Below, one piece after another: positions 10,351-21,407 of a stretch of 64,000 nt of DNA (positions are counted from its first letter, which is position 1; each line of letters opens with the position of its first letter). The notes beneath the pieces are model-generated. The model did not search any database. It was not told where the DNA came from and saw only the letters and a list, made by a program, of their open reading frames with translations. The position numbers and the translations under genes were made by a program. Location of the stretch: NCBI GenBank assembly GCA_963675495.1, contig OY776215.1, positions 544,001 to 608,000 on the forward strand, in the 5' to 3' direction. The stretch comes from an uncultured Methanolobus sp. (GTDB taxonomy: Archaea > Halobacteriota > Methanosarcinia > Methanosarcinales > Methanosarcinaceae).

Positions 10351-13134
10351 ATGACATGTGATGATTTTAAAGACCCTTTCGGATCCAAACAGACCATCAA
10401 TATAGCTGGTAAAGAGGTAACGATCTATAGTTTGAAAAAACTGGAAGAGGCTGGAATAGCCAACATTTCCAGGTTACCTTACTCGATCAGGGTCTTGCTT
10501 GAAGCATTATTAAGGAACGTGGATGGAAAGGTAATTACCGAAGATGATGTAAAGAATCTTGCCAGCTGGAGTCCTGAAGGGGTTCCTGCATTGGATATAC
10601 CGTTCATTCCTTCAAGAGTTATAATGCAGGATTTCACTGGTGTACCTGCAGTAGTAGATATTGCTGCCATTAGATCGGCCATGAAAAGGCTTGGTGGTGA
10701 CCCGTCAACAATTAATCCTGTAATCCCTGCTGACCTTGTGATCGATCACTCCATTCAGGTTGATTACTACGGCACATCCTATGCACGTAACTGCAATGAG
10801 AAATACGAGTTCCATCGCAATAAGGAAAGATACGAACTGCTGCACTGGGCCCAAAATGCTTTTGATAATTTAAGAGTAGTCCCTCCTGCAAGTGGTATCA
10901 TTCATCAGGTCAACCTTGAGAACCTGGCATCTGTTGTCCACCTGAAAGAAAAGTGCGGAGAACTTATCGCTTATCCTGATACACTTGTAGGTACTGACTC
11001 ACACACAACCATGATCAATGGACTTGGTGTCCTTGGATGGGGTGTTGGCGGTATCGAAGCTGAGGCCGTTATGCTTGGCCAGCCTTACTACATGCCTATT
11101 CCTGAAGTAGTGGGCTTTAGACTCACCGGCGATCTCAGGGAAGGTGTCACATCCACTGACCTTGTACTTACTGTGGTTGAGATGCTCAGGGCTCATGGTG
11201 TTGTGGGTAAATTCGTAGAATTTTACGGACCCGGCTACAAAGCATTGGAACTGACCGACAGGGCAGTACTTGCTAACATGGCTCCAGAATATGGCGCTAC
11301 AATGGGATTCTGTCCAGTAGATGAAGTAACTCTTGACTATATGACCCTGACAGGCAGGGAAAAAGAACATGTTGACAGAGTAAGACAATACTGCAAGGAA
11401 CAGAACCTGTTCCTTGAAGAAGGAATGGCAGACCCTGCATTCACTTCAACTCTGGACCTTGACATCAGCACGGTAGAACCATCCCTTGCAGGACCCAAGA
11501 GACCACAGGACCGCATACCAGTTCCGGATATGTCAAAGGCATTCCATCAGACCATGAAAGACGTTTTCGCTGCAAAAAGTGGTAAACCTGCCAATGGCGA
11601 TGACCTTGATTACAGTCGCTGGCTTGGAGAAGGCGGATACAGCGTTTCAGAGATCACACATCCTCACCATACAGGCATTACAAAAATAAAGTGTGCAGAT
11701 GATGTCGTTGCAGTTACACATGGTTCTGTCGTTATTGCATCCATCACATCCTGCACGAACACATCCAGTCCAGCTCTTATGATCGGGGCCGGATTGGTTG
11801 CAAAGAAAGCTGTCGAAAAGGGACTTAAAGTAAAACCTTTCGTAAAAACAAGTCTTGCGCCTGGTTCCCGTGTAGTTACAGATTACCTCGAGGAAGCGAA
11901 TCTTATGCCATATCTCGATGCACTTGGTTTCCATCTTGTAGGCTATGGTTGTCTGACATGCATAGGAAACAGTGGCCCTCTCAAGGAAGCAGTTTCAAAT
12001 GTGATAGAAGAGAAGGACCTCACAGTTGCAGCAGTTCTCAGCGGTAACAGGAACTTCGAGGGCAGGATCAACTCCCAGGTAAAAGCCAACTATTTAGCAT
12101 CACCAATGCTGGTGGTTGCCTACGCACTTGCAGGTACAGTCGATATAGACCTTATGAAAGACCCTATAGCCTGCGACCCTAACGGTCAGCCGGTTTACCT
12201 CAAGGATATCTGGCCAGGTAAGGAAGAACTCGATGAATATATCCATAAATCCGTAACCCCTGAGATGTTCAAGGAACAGTATGCCAACATCTACGAAGGT
12301 ACAGATCTCTGGAGAAGTCTTGATGCTCCAGAGGGCCTACTCTATGATTGGGATAATCTTTCCACATACATACAGGAACCACCATTCTTCAAGAATTTCC
12401 CACCTGAAGTGGCCGGATTGGCCAATATTGAAGGAGCAAGAGCTCTTGCCCTGGTTGGAGACAGCATAACAACTGATCACATATCACCAGCTGGCTCGAT
12501 CCCGACAAGCTATCCTGCAGGCCAGTACCTTATCTCAAAAGGTGTCGATGAGAAAAATTTCAATTCATATGGCTCCAGGCGTGGTAACCATGAGGTTATG
12601 ATGAGAGGTACTTTTGGAAACGTACGTCTTAAGAACAAACTTGTTGGAAGCAAGGAAGGTTCATGGACCATACACCAGCCTGATGATCAGGAGATGCCTA
12701 TCTATGATGCTGCAATGAAGTATATGGAAAAGGGAACCCCACTTGTCATAATTGCAGGAAAGGAATATGGTACCGGAAGTTCACGTGACTGGGCTGCAAA
12801 GGGTACCCAACTACTTGGTGTGAAAGCAGTAATTGCAGAATCATATGAAAGAATACACCGCAGTAACCTTGTGGGCATGGGTGTTCTACCATTACAATTC
12901 AAGAACGGGGAATCTGCTGAAAGCCTTGGACTGAGTGGAAAGGAAACTTTTGACATCAAAGGTATCGATGTGCTCAAACCGTTCGGTGAAGTCACAGTGG
13001 TCGCTAGATCAAAAACAGGTGAAGACAAGACCTTTGATGTCCTTGTACGCCTGAACTCTGATATTGAAATAGAGTACTACATGAATGGCGGCATACTTCA
13101 TAAGTTCCTGAGAGACGGCATAAAGGGAGAATGA
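10351..13134 (+). CDS. acnA: Aconitate hydratase A
   Basis: QDFTGVPAVVD, GTDSHT, ITSCTNTS, GYGCxTCIGNSG, GSSRDWAAKG. Confidence 0.97.
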   Translation: MTCDDFKDPFGSKQTINIAGKEVTIYSLKKLEEAGIANISRLPYSIRVLLEALLRNVDGKVITEDDVKNLASWSPEGVPALDIPFIPSRVIMQDFTGVPAVVDIAAIRSAMKRLGGDPSTINPVIPADLVIDHSIQVDYYGTSYARNCNEKYEFHRNKERYELLHWAQNAFDNLRVVPPASGIIHQVNLENLASVVHLKEKCGELIAYPDTLVGTDSHTTMINGLGVLGWGVGGIEAEAVMLGQPYYMPIPEVVGFRLTGDLREGVTSTDLVLTVVEMLRAHGVVGKFVEFYGPGYKALELTDRAVLANMAPEYGATMGFCPVDEVTLDYMTLTGREKEHVDRVRQYCKEQNLFLEEGMADPAFTSTLDLDISTVEPSLAGPKRPQDRIPVPDMSKAFHQTMKDVFAAKSGKPANGDDLDYSRWLGEGGYSVSEITHPHHTGITKIKCADDVVAVTHGSVVIASITSCTNTSSPALMIGAGLVAKKAVEKGLKVKPFVKTSLAPGSRVVTDYLEEANLMPYLDALGFHLVGYGCLTCIGNSGPLKEAVSNVIEEKDLTVAAVLSGNRNFEGRINSQVKANYLASPMLVVAYALAGTVDIDLMKDPIACDPNGQPVYLKDIWPGKEELDEYIHKSVTPEMFKEQYANIYEGTDLWRSLDAPEGLLYDWDNLSTYIQEPPFFKNFPPEVAGLANIEGARALALVGDSITTDHISPAGSIPTSYPAGQYLISKGVDEKNFNSYGSRRGNHEVMMRGTFGNVRLKNKLVGSKEGSWTIHQPDDQEMPIYDAAMKYMEKGTPLVIIAGKEYGTGSSRDWAAKGTQLLGVKAVIAESYERIHRSNLVGMGVLPLQFKNGESAESLGLSGKETFDIKGIDVLKPFGEVTVVARSKTGEDKTFDVLVRLNSDIEIEYYMNGGILHKFLRDGIKGE

Positions 13135-13308
13135 CCTGTTCATTCTCCTTTACTTAAAATATTGTGATTTTTATTTAATTTTGTTTTTTTATATAAATAA
13201 TATATAAAAACCATATAAATCCAGTAAACTTTATATATGGACAACAAAAAGATAATATTGACCATATTTTACCAAAACGTATACTTCGATCCATTGGGGG
13301 ATTTTTAA

Positions 13309-14406
13309 ATGGAAGATATGAAAAAAGGCCTTGAAGGCGTAATAGCTTTGGATACCAAAATATCCTTTATTGATGGTATTCAGGGAATCCTGAAGTACAG
13401 AGGGATTAAAATAGAGGATCTTGTTGATTTCCCTTACGATGCAGTTTCCTATTTACTGATCAATGGAAAGGTCCCCAATGAAAACGAGCTATCCGATTAT
13501 TCCCAGGAACTTAAAAACAACCGCTGTATCAATGGAAAACAAATAGAAGTACTCAAGGAATTTGATTTTGGAATCGAAGCTCTTGACGGTTTGAGAACTG
13601 CCATTTCCTGTACAGCTCATTTTGATCTTGAAAATAACCATCATTCGTCAGATGCCAATAAAAACAAATCAATAAGACTTGTTGCAAAATTCCCTACTAT
13701 TGTTGCAGCTTTACATCGTGCAAGCTATGGCCAAAAAACCATTGAGCCAAATGATGAACTGTCCCATGGTGCTAATTTCCTTTACATGCTAACAGGTAAA
13801 ATCCCAACAGAACTTGAAGCTGAAGCAATGGAAAAGGATCTCATACTGAGTGCAGAGCATGAACTAAACCCCTCTACATTCGCTTTGAGAATTGCAGCAT
13901 CAACCCTCTCAGACCTCTATTCTGCTGTTATATGTGGTCTTTGTACCTTAAAAGGGCCTTTACATGGTGGTGCAAGAAAGGGTGTAATGGATATGCTTGA
14001 TGAAGTTGGCAGTATAGAAAATGTACAAAATTATGTTCTTGAAAAACTTGAAAAGAAAGAGAAGATAATGGGTTTTGGACACCGAGTTTATAAGACATAT
14101 GATCCAAGAGCAAGGATATATAAAGATATTGCCAGAAGATTAGCCCTCGAAAATGGAGATACAATCTGGTTTGATTTAGCAGAAAGAATAGAACATATTC
14201 TTTACCATGAATTCGTAGAAGTTCGCGGAAAAACAATCTATCCTAATGTGGATTTCTATTCGGCTGTTGTGTATAAATATCTGGACATCCCTGCTGAACT
14301 TGCAACTTCCATATTCGCAATCGGAAGGGTTTCAGGATGGATGGCTCACTGTATGGAACAATATGCAGATAACAAGGTAATCAGGCCAAGGGCACATTTT
14401 ATCTAA
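13309..14406 (+). CDS. Citrate synthase
   Basis: KGLEGV, EHELNPST, GPLHGGA, MGFGHRVYK, PNVDFYS, RPR. Confidence 0.93.
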   Translation: MEDMKKGLEGVIALDTKISFIDGIQGILKYRGIKIEDLVDFPYDAVSYLLINGKVPNENELSDYSQELKNNRCINGKQIEVLKEFDFGIEALDGLRTAISCTAHFDLENNHHSSDANKNKSIRLVAKFPTIVAALHRASYGQKTIEPNDELSHGANFLYMLTGKIPTELEAEAMEKDLILSAEHELNPSTFALRIAASTLSDLYSAVICGLCTLKGPLHGGARKGVMDMLDEVGSIENVQNYVLEKLEKKEKIMGFGHRVYKTYDPRARIYKDIARRLALENGDTIWFDLAERIEHILYHEFVEVRGKTIYPNVDFYSAVVYKYLDIPAELATSIFAIGRVSGWMAHCMEQYADNKVIRPRAHFI

Positions 14407-14849
14407 GTGGTCCTCTTTTGTTTTTCACATTCTTTTTTTAGGTTTTTGTTCATACTTTCGAAACCCTGTCTGGTCTTTGCACCAACAATATGCAGTATGA
14501 ACGATGCAAGGATGCCCCTGAACCTTTCACACTGTATGAACCTTGTCCGGTCATTTTCAAGTTCTTCTATCCTAAAGACATGTTCACCATCAAATACGCC
14601 TTTTACCCATAAATTGCCCATCCACCTGTACTCATGCACAGGCTCTACTTTTGTTAGAACAGGAGTTAAGTTAATAGCTTTCATGCCAGCTGGCTGCATA
14701 TGAACATCTAGCTTTGAACCAGGTTCAAGTTTTCCTTTTATACTTGTGATAAATGGATTCCAGCGTTCAAAACCTTCAAAATCTGTTAGGAGGTCCCAGA
14801 CCTCGTTAATAGGAGCTTCAATTATGATATCAGTACAAATCTTATGCAT
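14403..14849 (-). CDS. SRPBCC / polyketide cyclase-like protein
   Basis: IEAPINEVWDLLTDF..WNPF, FDGEH, GFESMN. Confidence 0.85.
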   Translation of the reverse strand: MHKICTDIIIEAPINEVWDLLTDFEGFERWNPFITSIKGKLEPGSKLDVHMQPAGMKAINLTPVLTKVEPVHEYRWMGNLWVKGVFDGEHVFRIEELENDRTRFIQCERFRGILASFILHIVGAKTRQGFESMNKNLKKECEKQKRTT

Positions 14850-15212
14850 TGTGAGGTAAACCTCCGATAAAAAGGAAGTTGGAAGAAAAAAATGATATAT
14901 TGTTCACGCTAATTCCCTGCTTTTCTATGCAACTGCTTTAGCGCTTATTAAATATATAATTATAGACACTATGGAAATAGAAAGCATAAAGAATAAGATC
15001 ACCTGCAAATAGGAAAAGGATGAATAAAGTGTTTAGTTGTAAGCATTTATATCGTCGCCTATATCTGCCTAAGGTTTGCATGGATTAAAAGTTTTACTCT
15101 TAAACATGAAATATACAGGAATCTTTTGGACAAAAATAAATTCTGGTAAGTGCTTTTATACGTCATAATTCATTTTAGGTTACAGTTATTGATCCAATAT
15201 AAAGGTAATATT

Positions 15213-15419
15213 ATGAGCAGCAATCAAAAATATGGCGTCCCAGCACTATTATCATTTTTCATACCGGGACTGGGACAGATAATCAAAGGTGAATTATTCA
15301 AGGCAATAGGTATATGGGCGGTTCTGGTCATTTGCATTATATTAGAATTCATTCTCATAGGTTACTTATTGGGAGCTATTGTCTGGATATGGCAGATCTA
15401 TGATGCTTATAACAATTAA
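15213..15419 (+). CDS. Small membrane protein
   Basis: ALLSFFIPGLGQI and WIWQIYDAY motifs; ATG at 15213. Confidence 0.75.
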   Translation: MSSNQKYGVPALLSFFIPGLGQIIKGELFKAIGIWAVLVICIILEFILIGYLLGAIVWIWQIYDAYNN

Positions 15420-15930
15420 TTGAAACAACATGTTAATATCTCGTAGAAGTCTTTGCCCATTTAAAATCAGAACTACAGATAATAAATGCATCAGAAATCT
15501 GTAAAAGAGAATGTGAAAGCTGGTTAATCTAATGTAGGATTTCACAGATATTTTTTTTATTTTTTATACCATTCATTGTTTTTTACAAAACATCCGCATA
15601 CCTCTTAGTATTTAAAAATCCAGCCAAATTTTCATATGAATCATCATTTTTTTTCCTACAATCTGGCTATCCAACATAGAATCGTCCATCGTTTTTTAAT
15701 AAAATCTTGTGCACATCCGTGTTTTTTAAAAAAACATAAATATATAATATATTAACATAAATATAGAAGATATAATACAGAAATCCTTAAAAAATTTCAA
15801 ATCCAGCAATAGATGGGATACAAAAATACCACACATATACCATTTGTAACTGCAATTCATACTTTTCGATTTTTCAGTTACACGATTCTGTACACTTATG
15901 ATTACTATAGCTTAAAACGAAGGTGAACCA

Positions 15931-18837
15931 TTGAAAAATAAAACCACCCTACCAATTGTTATTTTACTAATACTCCTCTTTGCCTTTGCACCAACTGCAC
16001 AGGCAGCAACCACACTGACAACTTCGAATAGTTCTGTGAATTATACTGAAAATGATGATATGTATATAGACCTCGGAATGAACATAACCAGTAATACGAC
16101 CTTTACATCAGCCAGAGTTTACATTGGAGATGGCTATGTAAATAACCAGGATTACCTAAGATATTCAACCAAAGGTAATATTACCGGAAGTTTTAGTACA
16201 TCCACGGGAGTCCTAACACTTACAGGAAGCGGGGATGCGGATGCATATCAGGCAGCCCTCAGGAATGTCCGGTATGAGAATACAAATGAAAATCCCAACA
16301 CAGCTGACAGAAACGTCACATTCGTCATTGGAGGGAATGCACTCTACTTCGAAAGTACAGGCCACTATTATGAATATGTATCATACCACTCAACCTGGGC
16401 CTCAGCTAGAACAAATGCAGCAAGCAAGGAACTGGATGGGATGCAGGGATATCTGGCAACCATCACCTCTGAAGAAGAAAACAATTTCCTGAAAGAGAAG
16501 ACACAAGCTGATGCCTGGGTAGGAGCCAGCGATAGTGCTGTGGAAGGTGAGTGGCGATGGGTCACAGGTCCGGAGGGTACAGAAGCTGCAGGAGCTGGCA
16601 GATTGTTCTATCAGGGAAATGGTCTGACTGGTTCAGTTGTAGGCAGTGAATACAATAAATGGAATGGTCCGATATGGGGCGGTTCCGAGCCAAACAACGC
16701 AGGAGACGAAGATTATGCCCAGATGTATTCAACTAATAATGGAACATGGAATGACCTTCCAGGCACCTATTCACTAAATGGATATTTGCTTGAGTTTGGT
16801 GGAATGACAGGAGATCCGGAAACACCCCCGCAACTCACAGCCACCATCACTATAAATGTAAATTCAGTAAATGACGCACCGACAACAGCCGGAATATTCA
16901 CAACACCAACAAGCGGACAGGTCAAGCAGGGAGGCAGCTCTATGACAGTATCCTGGGGTTCATCTACAGATGTGGAAGGAGACAGTGTGAAATACGACCT
17001 GTGGTTCTTCAATGGAAGCTGGACACAAATAGGCAACCTGCTAAGCAGTACTAGTATGGCTTTCACCCTGCCTGAAGACAATACTGACAGCGCAATGTTC
17101 AGGGTATACGCTAATGATACTCAGGATAACTCTTCTGCAAGAGATGTTAGTTTCACCATCGATTCTGCAGCTCCTGTTTACACATGGATCCAGAAAGTCC
17201 TCAACGCAAGCACAGGTGAGAATGCCACTGTAATAATCAATGCGACTGATGTTTCTATCGATGTGCATAACATTACTGTGGATGGAGTGGACTACGTGAT
17301 GAACGAAAACTCAGGTAATTATTTCTGGAACATTTCCATTCCTTCAAGCAACTCAGCTACAGTCCCAAGTTCTATGACCTATAATTGTACTTTCAGCGAT
17401 GTTCTGGGTAATACCAACATCACAGGGGATGTACTGCTTAACATAACTATTCTACCACATGCAGATTTCAGCTCAAATGTAACAAGAGGAATAGCGCCTC
17501 TTGCTGTGAACCTTACTGATAATTCATCATATTCGAACAGCTATCATTGGGATTTCGGAGATGGAGATACTTCAACCGAGCAAAATCCAATACATATATT
17601 TGATGCAGGGAGTTACACAGTAAACCTCACAGTAAGCAATCCAAATGGCACATCTACCAAACTCCTGAATATAAGGGCAGCTCCTGAACCAGAATATACT
17701 CCTGGACCAAATGAGACTGAACAGATATCAGTATATGGTGAAGAATTTAATTTCAGTATTGAAAGTACACTCAATTCAAGTTTTGCATGGTACATGAACG
17801 ATAATCCGATCAATGGTTCCGGTGTCACGCTATACTCTAACAACAATGATTCAAGTATGAAATCCTATTGTCTCATCAATACGAGCCAGTATATCAACCA
17901 GAGTGATTTCTTCATGGAAACATATAACGTGTCTGTTGCCGCAAGCAATGAAAGTGTAGGCAGAACAGACACACACTCATGGGAATGGACAGTGACAAAT
18001 TCATCTATTGCAAGTAATGCTACAGATATTGCTTTTGTTATGGAGAAAAGTCCTTCCGTAAATACCACAGGTAATGTTTCATGTGTTCAGTTCAACACCA
18101 CTGACAACAGCAGAACGGACAATGATGGCCTGGCGGGAAGCATTGTTGCAGTATCGTTCAACACTTCATCCAATACAACCGGGCTTATGCTGAAGATAGA
18201 AGTGCTTGATAAATCTACCATCAACGAGTCAGAAACCGGTTTTTCAGCTGATTCAGTATACCAGTATATGGATATCAGTGTCAATAACAAAACCCTGGCA
18301 AACAACATGGGTTTCAACAGAAGTGTAGAGTTCAGAGTATTGAATGAACTTAATGGAGAAACACTTATCGTAAACTCTGTTAGCCTGAAACACAAGAACT
18401 CGTCTACCTGGGAAAGCTATGTTCCTGAACTCCTCGATAATGATGGAACCTATTCGTACTACATTGTACGCAGCGTATCCGGATTCTCACCTTTTGCAAT
18501 TAGTGCTAACTATAATCAAAACAGTGCATCTGTATCAAGTTCGGCCGATGATGGTATGCCTTATTACTTGAAACAATTGCTTCTGGAAAAAAGAGAACAG
18601 GCAATTTCAGAAGAAGAGGATACTGTAAATGAACCAGTAAATGCCGGCAGTTCTTCAAACCCGGAAGAAGCTGGTGATTTCCAGAATATCGAGGAAACGA
18701 TAGATGTAAAGAATAACGCAAATACAGCACCTGAAGATGACTACAATGACAAAAAGAGCAATGGAATATTATTCCCGGCACTAATATTGCTTGCTATCGT
18801 TGCAACGCTGTTCTTTGCAAGACAAGCAAAAAAATAG
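15931..18837 (+). CDS. Cell-surface glycoprotein with C-type lectin, PKD and PGF-pre-PGF-like domains
   Basis: Signal peptide; CTL motifs (GHYYEYV, YLATITS.EEN, WVGASD, EPN, WND); PKD WDFGDG; SGFSPFAI; C-terminal TM with basic tail. Confidence 0.85.
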   Translation: MKNKTTLPIVILLILLFAFAPTAQAATTLTTSNSSVNYTENDDMYIDLGMNITSNTTFTSARVYIGDGYVNNQDYLRYSTKGNITGSFSTSTGVLTLTGSGDADAYQAALRNVRYENTNENPNTADRNVTFVIGGNALYFESTGHYYEYVSYHSTWASARTNAASKELDGMQGYLATITSEEENNFLKEKTQADAWVGASDSAVEGEWRWVTGPEGTEAAGAGRLFYQGNGLTGSVVGSEYNKWNGPIWGGSEPNNAGDEDYAQMYSTNNGTWNDLPGTYSLNGYLLEFGGMTGDPETPPQLTATITINVNSVNDAPTTAGIFTTPTSGQVKQGGSSMTVSWGSSTDVEGDSVKYDLWFFNGSWTQIGNLLSSTSMAFTLPEDNTDSAMFRVYANDTQDNSSARDVSFTIDSAAPVYTWIQKVLNASTGENATVIINATDVSIDVHNITVDGVDYVMNENSGNYFWNISIPSSNSATVPSSMTYNCTFSDVLGNTNITGDVLLNITILPHADFSSNVTRGIAPLAVNLTDNSSYSNSYHWDFGDGDTSTEQNPIHIFDAGSYTVNLTVSNPNGTSTKLLNIRAAPEPEYTPGPNETEQISVYGEEFNFSIESTLNSSFAWYMNDNPINGSGVTLYSNNNDSSMKSYCLINTSQYINQSDFFMETYNVSVAASNESVGRTDTHSWEWTVTNSSIASNATDIAFVMEKSPSVNTTGNVSCVQFNTTDNSRTDNDGLAGSIVAVSFNTSSNTTGLMLKIEVLDKSTINESETGFSADSVYQYMDISVNNKTLANNMGFNRSVEFRVLNELNGETLIVNSVSLKHKNSSTWESYVPELLDNDGTYSYYIVRSVSGFSPFAISANYNQNSASVSSSADDGMPYYLKQLLLEKREQAISEEEDTVNEPVNAGSSSNPEEAGDFQNIEETIDVKNNANTAPEDDYNDKKSNGILFPALILLAIVATLFFARQAKK

Positions 18838-18862
18838 TTATTGAAGCTTGAATAAGCAAATG

Positions 18863-18893
18863 AGGTTCTGTTAAACAGAACCTTTGTTTTTTT
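18863..18893 (+). terminator. Hairpin plus T-tract between convergent genes
   Basis: AGGTTCTGTT-A-AACAGAACCT followed by TTGTTTTTTT. Confidence 0.55.
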
Positions 18894-18896
18894 AAA

Positions 18897-19301
18897 TCAA
18901 AATATATCTTTTATTCCAGTAACCTTCTCACTCTTTGCACCCTGAGCAGTTGCTTCAAACTCCTTGAATTTGGGAACACCAGTGCCACCGGTCTCATCAG
19001 GAACAAGAGCATTGGACCATGGGCAGTTCACCATATAGGCAATTCCGGGATGTTCTTTTTCATAACCCGACCTCTGTGCTTTGACAACCACTTTTCCAAA
19101 ACTGTTCTTTAGGATCACTGTGTCGCCTTCCTTAATGGTAAGTTTTGAGATGTCCGTCGAATCGAGTTTGATAACCGCTGAGAGATTCTCATACTCCTGG
19201 CCAAAACGTGAGGATTCCTGGGCAGTGTTCTGGAACACATCCCTGTAAGTGCTGATCTTCAGTTTGATTTCCGGTGCAGTAAGGAATTGTCCGAACCCCA
19301 T
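18897..19301 (-). CDS. fwdD: Formylmethanofuran dehydrogenase subunit D
   Basis: Molybdopterin dinucleotide-binding domain (GKVVVKA, PWSNALV, TGGTGVPKFK); coupled to fwdB. Confidence 0.85.
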   Translation of the reverse strand: MGFGQFLTAPEIKLKISTYRDVFQNTAQESSRFGQEYENLSAVIKLDSTDISKLTIKEGDTVILKNSFGKVVVKAQRSGYEKEHPGIAYMVNCPWSNALVPDETGGTGVPKFKEFEATAQGAKSEKVTGIKDIF

Positions 19302-20551
19302 TATATCGCCTCTGTAATTCGTATAAGTATTTCCTCATCAGACAGATTATCAGTTTCAACTATCTTTTTCAGTTCTATCTCCACACCATCCATACGAACG
19401 GCAGTGCCGCCGGATTCAACCCCACCAAGCGCACATGGAATTGTGACGGTCGACCTTGTTGCTGTCAGGTTCTGGCATGGATCAATGGTGATGAGTGGTA
19501 TCTCTGCAAGATAGCGGGCAACTGAGAGCGGCAGACTTGATAGGGGATCGGAGCCTATTATAAGTGCAGCATCCACAGACCTATTTCGCAGAGCTTCGAC
19601 CACTGAATACTCAGCTCCGTGTTCAGCATCACCTGTTTCATCGTTGAACTTCAGGCGGTTGATGTATCCCGTTTCTGCAAAGAGGTTCTGGTTAAAACCT
19701 CTCATGTTGTACTGACCCACCATGGGTATCAAGTGGAAATTGGAAACTTCATTGAGCTTTTCCATCAATTTGAATAGGGGTTCAAGTTCCTCAAGAGAAT
19801 AGACAAGCCCAAGACCAACACAGATCACACCGAACTTAGCTTTCTTCATTACATTTGCAAGTTCCAGTATCCTCTTCTTGTCGAAATCAAAGGAAGTTTT
19901 AGGAACCTTGCTTGACAGGGCACTTACAAGAGCCTCCATAAACTGGGCATCTTCACCCATGGGAATCTGGTAGAACCGTGTATCCCGACAGATCTGGGCA
20001 GTGGAGGATTTCCTGACGTCGATGGCTATTGCGGTCCTGTCCTCTTCCCATCCTCTCTGGCGCTCCTCACCTCTTGGAAAATAGGAATATCTCGAAAGGT
20101 GACGTGGATGTGAGTTGGAAGGATCGGCTCCCCAGAAAATTATAACGTCAGCCTTGTGCCTGATATCATCAAGGGTGCATGTTTTAAGTTTATCCTGAAG
20201 TATGGCCTCTATTATTGGCCCCTGGCAGAACGATGAAGTATCATCGATGTATGCACCTGTTCTCTTTGCAAGCCCGATGGATATTTTTTGCGCTTGAGAA
20301 CTTGAATTGCCATGACCGAATATCAGCGGGTTTTTGGCATTTTTCAATATAGCAGCTGCTTTTCCAATAGCTGAATCAACATCAACTTTCTCTCCGTCCA
20401 CTGTGCACTCCAGAGGATCACTGCAACCTTTCATGCGTGCAACACCTTTAAGGCAGGCAGCATGTACTTTGGTCAACTTGTTGGCTTCTGTTTCAACCTC
20501 AATATCATCACATAGAAGAGCACAACCCGTACAAACATAATATTCACTCAA
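19301..20551 (-). CDS. fwdB: Formylmethanofuran dehydrogenase subunit B
   Basis: CTGCALLCDD, SSFCQGP, WGADPSNSHPRH.SRY, GTAVRMDGV. Confidence 0.9.
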   Translation of the reverse strand: MSEYYVCTGCALLCDDIEVETEANKLTKVHAACLKGVARMKGCSDPLECTVDGEKVDVDSAIGKAAAILKNAKNPLIFGHGNSSSQAQKISIGLAKRTGAYIDDTSSFCQGPIIEAILQDKLKTCTLDDIRHKADVIIFWGADPSNSHPRHLSRYSYFPRGEERQRGWEEDRTAIAIDVRKSSTAQICRDTRFYQIPMGEDAQFMEALVSALSSKVPKTSFDFDKKRILELANVMKKAKFGVICVGLGLVYSLEELEPLFKLMEKLNEVSNFHLIPMVGQYNMRGFNQNLFAETGYINRLKFNDETGDAEHGAEYSVVEALRNRSVDAALIIGSDPLSSLPLSVARYLAEIPLITIDPCQNLTATRSTVTIPCALGGVESGGTAVRMDGVEIELKKIVETDNLSDEEILIRITEAI

Positions 20552-20587
20552 ATCATCACCACGCTTAAAAATAAGAATAAAGACAGA

Positions 20588-21058
20588 TCAAACGAATTCG
20601 ATTGCCTTTGTAGGACATGTATCTATACAGGCAACACAGAGGATCTTATTCTCTCCGAATCGGCGACATTCCTGTACGTTCCTGGCCTTTACAACTCCAT
20701 CTTCGACCTTGAAGATGACCTTATCAGAGGTCGGTGCCTTTCCGCTTCCTGCGCCAAATGGATCGTTGGCCACATTTACAGGACATGCGACAACACAATT
20801 TCCGCAACCTATACACTTATCGTCGTGAACTATAAGGCCTGTTTCCGTAACATCACCAACAGGACCGATCATCTCAGAGAGCTTCTCGTAGTTGGCCTTA
20901 TGTTTTTCCTTGTTCACAAGTGGAGGACAATCCTCCACCTTTACCTTACGTCCAAGGAGATCAACCGCAAATGCCATACATGTGGCTTTTCCACATTCCT
21001 TACAATTAGTTTTTGGGAGTAGCTGGTATATTTCCATCACATTTGCCATTATTGTCAC
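20588..21058 (-). CDS. fwdG: FwdG-like iron-sulfur protein
   Basis: LPKTNCKECGKATCMAFA Fe-S domain plus CIGCGNCVVACP ferredoxin motif; upstream of fwdB. Confidence 0.75.
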   Translation of the reverse strand: MTIMANVMEIYQLLPKTNCKECGKATCMAFAVDLLGRKVKVEDCPPLVNKEKHKANYEKLSEMIGPVGDVTETGLIVHDDKCIGCGNCVVACPVNVANDPFGAGSGKAPTSDKVIFKVEDGVVKARNVQECRRFGENKILCVACIDTCPTKAIEFV

Positions 21059-21122
21059 CTTTTGGAACTAAGTTAAGTATTATGCCACTTACTGCAACAA
21101 TCGTTTTTACTCCAGAATACAT

Positions 21123-21407
21123 TCAGACCTTGAAGAACAATGAACAATGGCAACTACCATCGTTTTCAATTTCATCATGGTGATAGATACATGGACAGAT
21201 GATCTTACGATCCTGCTCATCATCACCAGTCCTTATTCTGCATGGACAATATTGTTTCCCATGTTCATTCCTGTTCCTGGAAAGACCTTCAATGACCGCA
21301 TTAAGCATTTCTTTATCAGGATTCAGGATAAAACCCTTTTTCTTTGCATAGTTTGAAGCCCATTCATGTGTTTTTTCCATTATTGGTGCAAGTTCGGTCA
21401 TAGACAA
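21123..21407 (-). CDS. Ferredoxin:thioredoxin reductase catalytic subunit
   Basis: CPC, CPC and CHC motifs. Confidence 0.9.
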   Translation of the reverse strand: MSMTELAPIMEKTHEWASNYAKKKGFILNPDKEMLNAVIEGLSRNRNEHGKQYCPCRIRTGDDEQDRKIICPCIYHHDEIENDGSCHCSLFFKV

